From Phoronis australis (lineage: Eukaryota; Animalia; Phoronida): 64,000 nt of DNA. The stretch covers positions 44,479-108,478 of the forward strand of contig NMRA01000544.1 of assembly GCA_002633005.1 (NCBI GenBank). Reading direction: 5' to 3'. The notes under the pieces are model-generated. The model was not told where the DNA came from. It did no database searches and worked only from the letters and a program-made list of their open reading frames with translations. A program made the position numbers and the translations under genes. Shown here one piece after another: positions 24,768 to 38,400 of this stretch (within the stretch, counting starts at the first letter, position 1; every line of letters begins with the position of its first letter).

Positions 24768-25072
24768 ATTATAGTGATGGTATGGCAAAATGACAGACCG
24801 GTTGCCTGAAGTTTTTGTGGAATTAAATTGGTGTCAGGATATTCACGTGATTTTAGAGAAGAGTTTACCACTTTATTGAGGTGAAGACAAACTGTGTGCA
24901 CATCCACATGATACACTTCGTCAATCCATACAATACAATAAAACAATGCAATTTGAATTACGTTGGGATGAGCATGTCTGTAGACTGTGACGCTGCTAGC
25001 ATTTTTTCGGTAAGTGCTGTGCGCATCAACCAGGGTACCAAAAATATATGCAACTTCACTTGTCTGCGTGAA

Positions 25073-25323
25073 ACAGACCGGCACTTCACCTTGCATGGGA
25101 TATACAATGTTTAAAATATATAAGCACAGACCCAGAAATCGCTTTCACATTGTATCCAGGCTCTCATTCACTCCCTTGCGTACATTCACAAGTAAGACCG
25201 AGCTCAGGGGAATAGGAGACACCTTTGTGCAATGCTCGAATGTCAGCCAGTGAAGCCAGTATTGGAAACCAGGTCTCACAAGCAAGAGTCCGGAGCTCTA
25301 ACCACTGAGCCACACTGTCTCCT
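25073..25323 (-). mobile_element. tRNA-derived SINE
   Basis: Minus-strand head has A box TGGCTCAGTGG (25302-25312) and a degenerate B box. The left end is estimated from where homology with the copy C 3' flank stops. Confidence 0.55.
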
Positions 25324-28300
25324 CATTGTGGAAGAAATTAGTGGAAACAAATTTCATTACATTCAAAGCGCTCATTTTGCGTAAAAGACGATAAAGCCTG
25401 GTCAACAACAAGCTGCTGTACTGTAGTACGCAGGCTAACAGCATCTCATGAGAATATATTAGTTAGCCACTTTCAATTTATCTATGTGGTTTCTGCGTAA
25501 ATGGAAAGCTACCTCCTTCTTGAAGACAGGAAATTTAAAGTATGTGACGTAATCTGTGAGCCAGATGCGAAAACGTGTTTTAGTTGTTGTGTACCTGCTG
25601 TGCATGTTTATCGAAAGTTTTAAATCTTCTCCAAAATATATTTTAACTAAAAACTTAGATTTTTGCTTACTTACGTCACATGAACACCATGTGCATTTGC
25701 AGAATCCGATCACCGTCTGAAATTGTTAGTATTTAAATTTATTGCAACTGTATTTTGATACGTGCATAATTACACTAGGATAATATTTATCGAAATAATA
25801 AGATTCTGTTTTGTAATAAATTGTTGCCGTGTGATTCGGCTAGTTGTTATATGACGTCATATGTATTCCAAGTAGGTACAAAAACTGGTTTAAGCTACAC
25901 AACAATCTGTTGAATAACCATTAAAGTTTTAATTCGTAATAAATTCAACGGAATTTTTTGATTGTGAAATATAGAAGTTAAAGCATTGAACCATCCAATC
26001 ATAGCAAAGGTTTGTCAGAAACTTAGAAACAATCCATCCGGGAATATAAAAATTGAAACATTCCCTGAACTGAGTTGTCTTCAACAGCTTGTTGTCAGCT
26101 TCGATGAATTTCTTAGTTTTCTTGGTCTATTTTCGTATCTTAGCTTCTGAACTGTACATACATGTAGCAATAGAAACATTTCCCAGTGTTGATCACAGCA
26201 TTGGAAAATAATGGTGGAAAATGTGCTGATTTGCAGAAATCGAGGTAAGGACAATCGCAAAGTTTTACGCCACGGCCGGCGACGGAGAGTTGAACGCTGC
26301 GAGCAGACGATTGCTTCAGTAAAAAAAACACATACTCGTTATTAGTTCTTGATTTCCTGTAAAGACCTTAGATCCCAGGGTAGATATACTGTATGCATCC
26401 ACAACAAAACGTTTTTGTTGGATTTGAATTAGATTTTGGCAGATTTTACTAGCCGGTGACCTTACTCAGTTTGACCTGTTTACATGTATATAACCCAGAT
26501 TAAAACTTCAGCGAGGCCCAAAAATAGCAGCCTGATCACCGTGCGTCGGAATTTTCATCGGTAAATCTTTTCTATTTTCAGAGCAGTAAAACTGGTTTTT
26601 CAGGAACGATGCACTGAATTAATGGTTTAGGTAACCCAAATGATTGAGCCCAATAAAATTTGGCGTTGTACACACGAATTTACTCCACCACCAGACTGCA
26701 CACCAACTGTGAAATACGGCTTCTACCGTTGAATACGGCTCCTACCGTGATATACGGATTGGCTCTACTTTCTCGTATATCATCGTTGAATACGACACAT
26801 ATACAATGGTTCGACCGCCCTACGTAAGGAACTAAACAACAATGCTATTTTAACATAATAAGTACGCGTAACATTCCAAAAAAATCAACGATCACTAACT
26901 ACAAATTATAAATACACTACATATGCAAACGAATCACGAGATATTACTAATGAAACATAATAATGAAGACTTTTCGAGCAAGCGATAGCACATTCAGTTA
27001 CAAGGAAAAAATGGTGGTGTTCAGGACAAGTTCCTAACTGACGAGCCGGAAATATGGGCACGGGAATAACCGATCACAGCCGGTAATAATACGCTCACAA
27101 AGAAGGGTCAAATACTGCTAAAAAATCGCTTTGGCACTAAAGGCGGGAAGAATATAAAGATAGGGTATTGGAAATAAGATTTTATTTAGTAGCTATTTTC
27201 GGATACTGGAACCACATTGGCATTTTGAGACAAGGACTTTAAGGAATTCGAGTGAGGATTTATCTCTTTTCACAACTTTCTGTGTTCATGGCCACAGAGG
27301 CCTGAGGAGACTCGTAGCATTCGTTTTCAACGCCAACGGTCGTATGCATATAGACGCACAACTCCCTTAGGATCAAAACTACGCCTTGTCTTTGTTTTCC
27401 CGGCACCATTCTATCATAAGTACACCTCTTTGGCTCAATGTCATGGTGACTTAGTGAATGAAAGGACTGTTCTGTACCTGGCGGGCGATTCGATTTAATT
27501 GAAAGTCCTTTAACCTTTGACCTTGGATAAGTAGTAAACAAATATCCACGCGGTTTTGCGGTTCCAAGGTGGTTCTGCTAAATCTTTTTTTCTCGCAACG
27601 CAGCGTGAAGATAAGGTATTTTGCTAGATACGAGTGAAATATTGTAAAAATGGCCAAGTTTTGTGAATAAGGTTAGAGATAACCAACTGCTTTACTGCTT
27701 TATCCCAACTGCTGAGGTGCTTAACTGTTTAACTGACTAATACAAACCGGTGCTTGTGTATTTATAGACTAATGCAATGTTCTAGAACTTTTCACCAATT
27801 CAAGCACATGCCATTACTTTCCGGAATCTACCCAAACATTCTACAAACATATACTAGTCTCTAGAAAGTTACACACTATACACTTCTAAACAAATTACAC
27901 CATCACTGCACTGAACTCAGGGGTCATGTCAATCAAACAGAACAACAAAACAAAACAATACAACTTACAACAGTGCCATTCTATATTCTGACATTCTTTA
28001 TTGGCACCGACCTCACGGTGTGGGAGCCTGTACAACGTACTTGGACTGGAGTACATGTACGGTTTCGTCGTGTGATCAAAATCGGCAAAAGTTCCCCCTA
28101 CAAGGCGTACTTTATGAGATCGTTTACCTCGATACACATGGCTTTTTGCAATGAAACTCTTGGCATAAACTCAGTGAAAGGGTAGTCAGTGAATGTGACC
28201 TTAATTACATTAATAGGGTCCCTATCCTGACTATGTTCAAAAGACTTCACTGATTGTTACACAACGATAAACTTAGAGCGTCAATTTTTTATATTAATTT

Positions 28301-29376
28301 TGTTCTTGTATATCTAAATTTTTGTGTTTGAGTACCACCATGCAACCATGGACAACGCGCATGAGAAGTATAGTTGATATTTGTACTTTGCAGTTTAATT
28401 TATGTTGCATTTCATGACACCTACTCTCAAAATATCTGTACCATAGACATCACATAGACCGGGCGCGCGCCACTCAGTTACATGCAGCTCGCGTTGTCAA
28501 TATGACGCCATATTGGAGAGTGTTACACAGGACAAAAATAGCGGAAAACACTGGGAGCCCTACGGCATCAGTCAGAAAATCGGCGGGCTCGCAATGTTAT
28601 GCTTGCAGCCAAAGAGTTAAGTTTTTTGGTCCTGCCTTTGAGTCATGGGTTTTTTGGTTCGGCCATGAAGTGTAGAGGTGCTGCCATTGGGTTTTCTTGT
28701 TCTGCCATCATAGTCTAACTTGAACAATTATGTGTCGTTTCCACGTGATTGAGATCATGTATGATCAATTAAGAGATAATTATTAACCAGCATATGCTGT
28801 TATCCAATGATGATGCTGTTTGTTAGTTGTACTTGAGTAAATATTTGGTATCAATGAAAATCATATGTATTTTAAATTGTTCTGAAAATTAACATCCCCA
28901 AACCTACTTGCTAGCTATCAAGAGAATAATGTATTCCCTGTTGATATATACATACTGCTTTCAAAACTCATTTCTTAATAAGTATTCTAAAATCAGATTT
29001 CGTCTGTGGTACTAAAACAGTCCCTGAAAATGTGTACTTATGTTAAAGTTGATATTGGAAATTGTGTGGATTTGCACTGCTTGCTTCCGAGCTCTTTATT
29101 TTGTAACTCAAAACTTGCGCAAAAAAGTAAAGTGCATAGCAACCAAAATATCAAACCTGTATGACTGAATTGCGCATCTGACCTATACCCAAAATATAGA
29201 ATTTCCCACTCGAAACCGAATGCAAATATACCCAACCGAGCCGGTATAGCATTAAATAATGACCTCGTGAAAATGACCATGGCTAGTTTTTTCACAGGGT
29301 CGAAATTTAATGTGAAGAATTTTTACCCCATGAAAAAAATTACCGTAAAACCAGTCTCGTCATTATTCAACGGTTC

Positions 29377-29702
29377 CAGGGGCGGATCCAGAATGTTGAT
29401 TCAGGTTGGGCAAGGCAGAGGATCACATGCGTGCACCCAACCTAAAATATAGAGGGGGGTCTCGAATTTCGCGGTCATGTTGACCTTTTACTAGAACAAG
29501 AAGACGAGTACTAAAACAACGGGATACTAGGTTCAACCCTCTGCATTGTGCATTCGCGACGAATTCCCGAGCACCCTCGCCCCTTGGGTGCGCGTATGTA
29601 TTTGCCAGAATTTTGCCAGTCGGACTTTCGCACCCCCGAGCTGCCAAATGGAATCTGGGAGAATTTTAGGGGGGTCTTGGTCCCCCTCTAAATCCGCCAC
29701 TG
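29377..29702. mobile_element. hAT-like MITE with 5-bp TSD, containing a nested related MITE at 29426-29598
   Basis: TIRs CAGGGGCGGATCCAG / CTAAATCCGCCACTG flanked by GGTTC on both sides. Inner TIRs CATGCGTGCACCCAA / TTGGGTGCGCGTATG. Confidence 0.75.
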
Positions 29703-29845
29703 GGTTCCTCTGCAACAGGGGGTTGGGATAAGAAGACACGATATCCGCAATTGGCGATCTTTCAACAATGTTCGATACGCAGCCTTTTAGGTCTGGGGGT
29801 CACCTGAGTAACGCGCGGCAAGGGAAATCTTGATTTTTCAATATA

Positions 29846-31708
29846 TAGTCAGGTTTGTTGTGTAATATTTGTTGGAATTTTTTGGGGAAAGTGGAAACTA
29901 TACATTTTTGGAAACCTCATGGAATGACAAATCAGAAAATATTTGATTCCATTTTGGCGGCCATCTTGACAGCCATCTTGGATTTTCAAAAATGGCGCTT
30001 GTAAAATGGACTTTGCCCAATATCTCCGCTTTTGGGTCACTTAGAATGTTGTTTTTTACGGCTACACCTGCATTTCTCAGGTCAAGGAATAGGAAATTTT
30101 AATTTCTTGGGCGCCATCTTTGCGGTCATGTTGGATTTTTAAAAATGGCGCCCGTAAAATACATTTTCCTCAGTATCCTTGCTCTTGAGTCACTTAGAAT
30201 GTTAGTTTTAATGGTTAGACTTACATTTTTGTGGTCAAGAAATCTGAAAATGCAACTTATTACATGAAAGATATAATAAAAACCCCATTTATTAGCAGCC
30301 ACATTTTCTACATGTATTCTTCATGTAATCCGACACATGATCACTATTTTTCTTTCTTGTCATGAGTTTGTTCGCAGCTTGTTTTCTTCAAGACACTTAA
30401 AACTAAACCAGTACCTAAACAACTTATTTACGTTTGAAGAACACGAAAGTATGTTTTTTGTAGTGTCAATAGTCTTTCAAAACTTTGAAATCAGTCTGTC
30501 GATCATTACAACAGCCGTCACCGTCACCAGGAATCACATCGTCAACACCATTCTGACATTCTGCATTGTACTGACATAGATCTGTGTAAAATAGGTCCTT
30601 TGATCCGCAAGAGCATCTTTTGGGTTGTTCATTATGTAAGTCTCATCTGTTATCTGGTACTGTACTGGAATCTTTCTCTGCCTCCTTTTTCTCGTGTGGC
30701 TTGTTTCAAAGAATTGTCTTTGTGGGTGTCCAAAACCAGAATGATATCGTCATAATCTCTTCCATACTATCCACACGTGCAGTTTTGTGGCTTGGGTGAA
30801 CACCTTCATTGGATTTTGTTTACATGTTTTCTGGGTCTAAAAACTCTCTTGCAGGCAGCTTGAAGACTGTCCTGTTCTAAGACGTCTTATTCGGAAAGTT
30901 TTTGCAGAAGGTAAATTCGATTCGATTTGTTTGTGCATGACAGCATTGCTCCACTGGCAGCAAAGATTGCTCTTGGTGTTAGGGTGAATTCATAGTGGCT
31001 GATAGCATGTTTCTGGTCGATTTGCCCAGCAGGCTACAACTCCTGTTGTTCTTGCCATTGATTCTCAGCCTGGTTACTGCCAAACTTATCTGCCATCCGA
31101 CTGTCAAATGCAAAATGCATTTCCAGTGAATAGAGGAGAACTGGGTTCCACAGTGAACAGTGGAAATAATAACGAAATTGTCAAAAGATATGTCTCAAAT
31201 GTCTTTTCAAAAAGATATAGATATACACTGTAAATATACATGTAGGTTAATCTGCGTTTCTGTGATTCCTTTTAAATATTCTGGGGATTCGTTACTGCTA
31301 TTAAAATCATTTACACTGTAGATTATATGTATCATTTTAGAAATAGTGTTTTTCAATTCCTTACCCTACAAAATGTGGGTGCAGCCATTAAAACTAACAT
31401 TCTAAGTGACCAAGAAGCAAAAATACTGACCACAATGTATTTTACCGATGCTAATTGTGAAATTTCAACTGCAGGTGTAGCCATAGAAATCAACATTCTC
31501 AATGAACCAAGGGCGGATATATTGGGCAAAATCCATTTTACCGGCGCCATTTTTGAAAATTCAAGATGGTTGTCAAGATGGCCACCGAAAAAATGGAATC
31601 AATTATTTTCTGACTTGTCATTCCATGAGGCTTCCAAAAATGTATAGTTTCCACTTTCCCCAAAAAATTCCAGCGAACGTCAAAATTTGGACACAGTGAA
31701 CCTGACCA
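29846..31708. mobile_element. Complete Academ-type non-autonomous DNA transposon
   Basis: Long imperfect TIRs start TAGTCAGGTT and end AACCTGACCA (AACCTGACTA in the paralogous copy). 3-bp TSD ATA at 29843-29845 and 31709-31711. Confidence 0.8.
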
Positions 31709-33243
31709 ATATGCCGCAATTAGGTAGTGAAAGTACTAAGGGGCGTGCAGGTCAGGAATCTGATATGGGGAAGCTGGGAAGCGAAAACAATCACAATTTT
31801 TCGAACAGTCCTTCGTTCAGTTGCTCAACTTAGCAACTGGCCATTTTTACACCGCTCGTGCCAGGATATAATATCTGGCCACGGAACTGCATGAAGACTA
31901 ATCCAAAATACTTGACCACGTGTTAAGAATCGTTGTATCGCAGACACGTTTTTTACTATAAAAGTCAAATTTGGGATCGTGAGAACTGAGGCCAAGCGTG
32001 CGTGGGAGAAAAATTATTTTAAATTTCTCGGCGGCTGAGGGACGCGCAGTATGTATAGCAGATTAAGGGCGGGGGTGGATAGAAACGGTTTGAAATAAGG
32101 TGTGGGAGCGGGGCTGATCTCTTTGTGAGCACATAATTACACGGTGTGGGGATCGACAAGTGCCTGGTGCTTGATCGGGGGTGACATCAGATCCGTGAGA
32201 GAGGAATACCGTGCGTGAGAGAAGAATATTTGTCCGCTGGCAATCCCGAGCGATGAACAGGAGAGGAATTGAGCCTGTGTTCTTGGCTTTTTACATTACG
32301 GAGTTCTCCCGTTTAGTCTAACATATTAGGTCGTGTAGCACAAGTTGGGCGGATGACCGCTCGAGCCAATATCTCACACCGACGACTGATTATGTCCATT
32401 CTGACTATGAGGGTTGGAGAGTCAGCCCTTTCTTGTTCGATAGTTGCTCTAATCTCTAATGAAATCATATCTTATTGATTCACTGGGCTGTGGTGTTGAA
32501 AATAAGTTAAGTTATAAAATGTTTGAACATAAACCAATGACATGTCTAAATTCCCATCAACTACTGGTCATGCTTAAAGTTTTTTAATCACCAAAATCGC
32601 CCAACTATACAATAGCACGCTCAAAACCTCTGTACGTCTGGTAAGGTCACGGAACGGCAGAACGCCCTAATGAACTTTAAAAACCTGTCCTTTATCTATA
32701 TTACTCCAATGAGGTCATTTTTCACAGTACACATTAAATTTAGACCCTACATAAAATGCGACCTGGATCGTTTTTTAATTTTACGTAGTTACCCGGGGTC
32801 ATGCCCCTAATGGACTGCATTTTCTCAGTTTCTCTGCTTTCTCATTTTCCTGTTTAAGTCTTTGTTGTCCGTCTATTTCAAATTTTGTTCATCTTCGTAG
32901 CCGAACGAATCAATGCCTCCACCAGTTTTAGTTTTCCCATCAAAACTGGCATTGGGAACGATTTCAACAAGTTCATCAATAATTCCACGAGTTATAGACA
33001 TCCACTTTTGACGTGGGCAGTTGCTTAACGTTTGGCATGGTAAAGTTTATTTTCGATTTTATGGAGTCTCCGCAAGATATCTTTCCGATGTGCTTGAACC
33101 CTCATATAAATCTCAATTTTCCCTGGAAAAGTTTGTATCTGATCCGCCAAAAGTTTACAATGTCGTTCGAGTACCTCATTGTTACGGTGTTGTCGAGGGT
33201 AACAATTGTTCCACATCTAAAAACAGTAAGAACGGTATGCATG

Positions 33244-33880
33244 CCATACGCGTTGAATCTGTCGAGGTAAATACGGCCATGTACTTAAGTTTTCCGTATT
33301 CACTACTTCAAAAGTGACATCTGACATGGAATGTTCAAAAGGTAGGTCAATGTCGACTCGACGCCATTAGCTGGCTCGACCACCAAACTTTCATAAAATA
33401 GTTTAAAGTAATACAATTATAGCAATGTAAATAACGCTCAACAGACAAGCAGGTCTCAATTGTAACATCTGGAACAGGTCTGTTAATTATATGACAGTTC
33501 TGTCTCAGTTTTCATTTGCTAAATACTTTATCGTCTGCAACTCTGGCGCCGATTCCTCGGTAACTACAATATCAAATATTGTTGTTATTTAACTATTTTC
33601 AGGAGATGTTACAAGTTCAATGAAAAGCAACCCTTGTTTTCATCTTTGTTATCTTTTTTCAAGTAATCAATCGTCACATTTAAAACTGTTTCTTTTACTA
33701 GAGAAAATTTTCAGCCTAACGCGCAAGAACACATATATATATAGGATGTGATCCGCCACGTGAAGAGTCTGAGTAAAGTATTTAAAAAATCTGCGGTCTC
33801 GGTCGATACGCGGAATAATGTGTGGTGGGATATTACTTCATGTAAACCACTCTCGGTACGTTTTCTGTATATATTCTGAG
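33244..33880 (+). repeat. Dispersed repeat, second copy at ~44826-45510
   Basis: Shared blocks CATACGCGTTGAATC, GTAACTACAATATCAAATATTGTTGTTATTTAACTATTTTCAGGAGATGTTACAAG and GGGATATTACTTCAT. Confidence 0.75.
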
Positions 33881-35128
33881 GGGAAACTGCCATCTGCTAT
33901 TATGCTATTTAACTTGACCCTTGTGTCTCACTTCCGTATTGTTTTCAAAGTTTAGATCACGCGTGGTGTAACATCACATGTTTCGTTTATTGCACTGTAT
34001 TCTCGGGCTAAATCTATCTCTATATCCGCTTTTTTCGCTCGGTGTATTCTTCATCTTTGTAGTCTTGTTCTACTTTTGACTTCTTCATCAAAGGACTCTT
34101 TTGGCCAAACTCTTTTTCCAGTGTAGATATTTTTTGCTTGACCTGGTTTCGTAGCCCTCCTCCAAAACAGTGTTGAGAATGCACCCATATCTTTTACTCT
34201 GAAACATTCCAAACCGCTGTGTTTTTGCAATGTTAAATACCTAATCCACAGTTATTGATCGCCGTGGCCAATTATTTCACCAAAGTGATCTGTGCCAACA
34301 CAGAAGTAACAGCTCTTGAGGTTGGTTGGTTGGAAAAAAGTGAAATGTTTTAAGTCAATTTTACACAGTCTAAAATAGTTAATGATAATGGCCTAACATT
34401 TCTTATCTGTGCTTTCACTTTAATGAACAATTTGCAAACACGTCATAATGCATCATTTGATGATAAACTTTCGCCGATATTTCTGATTTTTCACAGCACC
34501 ACGTCAATCGAGGCACTGGACAGTCGTTGCTGGTAACAATGACGCATGCCAAGACTCTGAGCTATTGGGCAGAACAGCTTCTAATTATATATAACATCCA
34601 TTTCTACATTTTAAAGACAATTTTTCGACTGGTGTTGTATTCCCACATCAAATTGCTCATAACGACGTCGACCAGTCCAAACACGTAGTACAGGTCCCCA
34701 CACCATGGACCTGTGGCCTTGGGTAGATGCCTGGAATAGTTTGGCATTTGATATCTTTTCAGCTCCAGTCGAAGAACCACTTTCGACAACCTAATACATG
34801 CCAAGAGTTTTTCAACAAAACATTATGTGTGTTAAAATCATATTTTACTTGAGCATAACTTGAACTTTATCAATTTCAGAAAAAATATGGAAAACAAATT
34901 TTAAAAAATCCACTGGAAATATCAATGAAGATGGCGTCATGGCAAAAGTATGGATAGGCATACTTGGATGGTAAAATACGAATAAATACAGATGTACACT
35001 GTACTTTACTTTATCTTAGTAGCACATGTGAAAAAAAAAATTGAATGTCCCAAAAGCATTATCGATTTGTCCATTACACGAAGGGCCCGGATAGACTCAA
35101 CTCTTTCACCCTCCACCTTTGAGCCCGT

Positions 35129-35163
35129 TTACGTAACGCGCTATCAGCAGCCGACGGTATAAA
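35129..35163 (+). promoter_or_regulatory. Core promoter of CYP copy C (TTACGTAA and TATA box)
   Basis: TTACGTAA at 35129-35136 and TATAAA at 35158-35163, upstream of ATG 35218. Confidence 0.6.
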
Positions 35164-35217
35164 TTTCTCAGGTAGATATCTTTGTCACCACTAACAATCA
35201 GACTTAGGACTATCGAG

Positions 35218-35462
35218 ATGGCATTCTTCCTAACCCTAAGCGTTCCGTCCTTACTGGCACTTATCTCTTTGGTTCTACTTGTCGTTTTGTATGTGCAACA
35301 AAGTCGAAAGATGCCATCGGGTGTTCCACGAGTGCCCTATTTGCCTATCATAGGCTCAATTCCGTGGGCCGGATCTTTACAGCAATTCTCTGAGCATGTG
35401 GGAAAGTCATTTTACGATCTATCAGCCAAGTACGGACGGGTGTTTTATTTCCGACTAATTGG
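35218..35462 (+). CDS. CYP copy C exon 1
   Basis: MAFFLTLSVP..; GTAAGT donor. Confidence 0.9.
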
Positions 35463-38400
35463 GTAAGTAGGTGGTGGACCTTCCAGTGGGAGACTTGGTA
35501 TTCACTTACCTCGTGAGCCAACACTGGCGCATTGTCTTACTTAGTTCTGGTCAGATCATTTCCACGTGTAACTAGAAGTTTTACTTTCTGACGAAAAAAG
35601 AAGGATATTCTATTGCAATATCGGGCATCCAAAGCAATGCAAAGCGACCATTTCTGTAGTAGATAACTTCCTGCGGCTTCCCTTCCTCATATTTTTCTGT
35701 GCAGAACTATGTTTGAGCGGACTCACGAGATGTCATCGACTTCCAAAACACGTTTTTCGGCAGTTCTAGGTGAGCCGACTTGTGGACGAGACGGTCTCGC
35801 TCCATGTTGACTGATTCACACTAGCTTACTTTGCGAAACTTTCATCCACAGAACTCACCTACATGTGGCACTGTACAGCCGCGGTGAATTTGCACTTAAG
35901 CTGCAGTCGCGGCGAATCTGGCCAGGTTTAGCGGTAGTGTTTAGGTAGGCATTTCTAGTAATTTCAATAAATCCGATTTGCATATATTTATGAACGTACT
36001 GGGAATGAGAACTCCTCTACTTAATTCTAGATACACTTTTCTTTACTACTGTACATGCGCGCACCCAGTCTTCAACATGGGGGGCTCGAATTCCTGCCGA
36101 TGTGGACTTGTTTAGTGGACTTTTGTCTCAATTTTTGTTTCTCAGAGGCGGACCTTTTTGCCCACTTCGCCAAATGGTGGGCTCCTTCGAGCCCCCGAGC
36201 CCCCCCCTTGGGTGCGCGCATTCTGTAGTATTGTGTCATTGCTGCGTAGCGACTGAAGAATCTGCTGCGTGTAGCCCTCACGCAACCCATAATCGAAATA
36301 ATAAGTAGAACTTCAGCGCTTTTGGACCACATTTTGGCAATCTGTAGGAAGTTAACTTTCAGAATCTAATGTTGGCTTATGTCTAGCATTGGCAGGAAAT
36401 TGGTGTTTTTTGTTTCTTTTTGTTTTTTTTAACTGAAACTGTCAATTTTGCTTTTTCGTCACTCTTTTCTAATCCTGACTTCCTGAATGAGTAAAAAGGC
36501 CAAAGCAATGAGTCACAATAACGTTTCTGTGGTCACGTGTAGCGCTTTTGATGTGAAATGGCTCACAGCTCACACATTATTCGACAGTGTGGAATGGAGG
36601 AGACAAATCCATTTTTCCCCCAGGCAAAACCCATTGAAAATGATAGTGCCTCCATGGTTACCGTAGTGTTTGCTGCCTGAAAGCATTTCGGGTGACTCAA
36701 AATTCAATAGATGGCACTAGCGAGACACCAACCTGCTCTTAGAAATTCATGCATTTATTTACTCTCGGAGGACCGTTCGCCCACAGGCGCCCCCATACTG
36801 TCTCAATTTAGTCATATATTAAAATAGAAGGACCTTCATTCCTTTAGCACTACATAGAAAATATCGACTCGCCCATTCCTATGTATGTCCACCTAAAGTC
36901 AAACGTTTCTTGGTGTGCCGTTGTTGCATACTGGCGCCACCTTGTAAATTTCGAACTTGTCATTGCAAGCAATAACATAAATTTGTGCATCATTTTCTAA
37001 CGTGCGTGTAGACCGAAATCAGCAATTTTGGCGAAAATTGAATCAGCGGTGATTGTTTCCTTGCGCAGATGGCCTCTGGCCCACATGCATTAATTTACGA
37101 CAAAAAATACGTTTTGGTGTCACCATGTTCTGTCATAGGTTTGATGGCTACAAGCCATTTTCTAGTTTCTCGTGATAACCTTAGGTTTTTAATGGTACCC
37201 ATGTACCTTAATAAAACAATTTTCTTTCATGAAAATCTCGGATGCGACATCTGAACTCTGGGTCTAATCTTTTTACTTTAACTCGAAATTATTTCTTGCA
37301 TTTCCTTTTCTACTTTTACGCGAAATCAGGATACGTATTTTTTATGTCTATTTAATGGTTTATGCATAGAAGTTTCTATATTCAAGAAACAAATAAGAGT
37401 AAATAGCAGACAGTTCGAATAAAAACTCGAAATTTTGAATTCATACTCGAACTTTTAGCCTTAATGCTGGGATCGTTAAGTGTAAAATAGGATTTGACAG
37501 TTGTTCACATATAAGTCATTATGTATCCAAACATGGAATAATAGACACTTATCTTGAGTTCGCATAAAGCAGAATAGAAAATCCCAAAAATGATTTCGAT
37601 TTGGAGTCCAAAGATAAGACACCGGGCCTGGGCAAATGTAGCCATTTTGTAAATGACCTATCGCCAGGATGATGACTGTTGGCTTAATTGACCAATCAGA
37701 AAGCAGTATTCTTGACACACCTTCATTTCCAACCCGCCATTTTACCCGACAAACAACACGTAGTCAAGTAAAACTTACTTTACTCTTTAGTTCAAGAAAT
37801 TATACGTTAAGAATGGTGAAACGGTGTTAATATGGTGTGTAATTCCGACAGCCGTGATGCTGCTCCAGAATAGTATTCCGTCATTTTAGGCATCTCCTAA
37901 GCCGAAAAGTGATGTCGAAAGGTGTAACTCTAAATCAAACTGTGTGAACGGCCACTGCACGAGCAGCTGAACTTAGCAATGTTGCTTGATTACGCGAAGG
38001 CTATAATAAACACAAATATAATAGTTTCAAGATACGCACTTTTCAGATCTTGACACCGGAGTTTCATACACGTCTGGCCGCCTTTGTCTCGGCACTACCT
38101 GCTGGTTCTCAGCACTAGTCTAGCGGAAGTCTCCGGAAATTGTTGTTTTCTAGGTCATTCTTATTTTATTTAGTTTTCATTTATTTCGACCTAATGGACA
38201 TCATTTTGTTTCGTATCAGAGGTACATTTTTGTTATTCATATACCCGTAGGCTGGCGTTCAACAATTCAGCACAGGGAGGGCACTGGACTACTGAACTCA
38301 AGGCCTTGCAGGAGCTGTTGTCACGAAAAAATATATTGTTGAATTACTTGCTAATGTGAACCTCTAGTATACACTATACCTGTAAAGTTATAGAGAGCTC

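Larger units (their letters stand above)
16941..25072 (+). repeat. Segmental duplication unit (TE, upstream region, CYP gene and 3' flank), paralogous to ~30179-43780
   Basis: Colinear similarity through the TE, the 1-kb block 18462-19450 (vs 31709-32710), the promoter, all exons and introns, and the 3' flank up to TTGTCTGCGTGAA. Confidence 0.85.

Noticed and set aside
24566-24793. ORF-track peptides MSCCSFRSS.. (and 43280-43507) and antisense ORFs over the CYP exons
   Set aside because: Wrong frame or strand; the true exon reads GPRVCLG from the splice acceptor.
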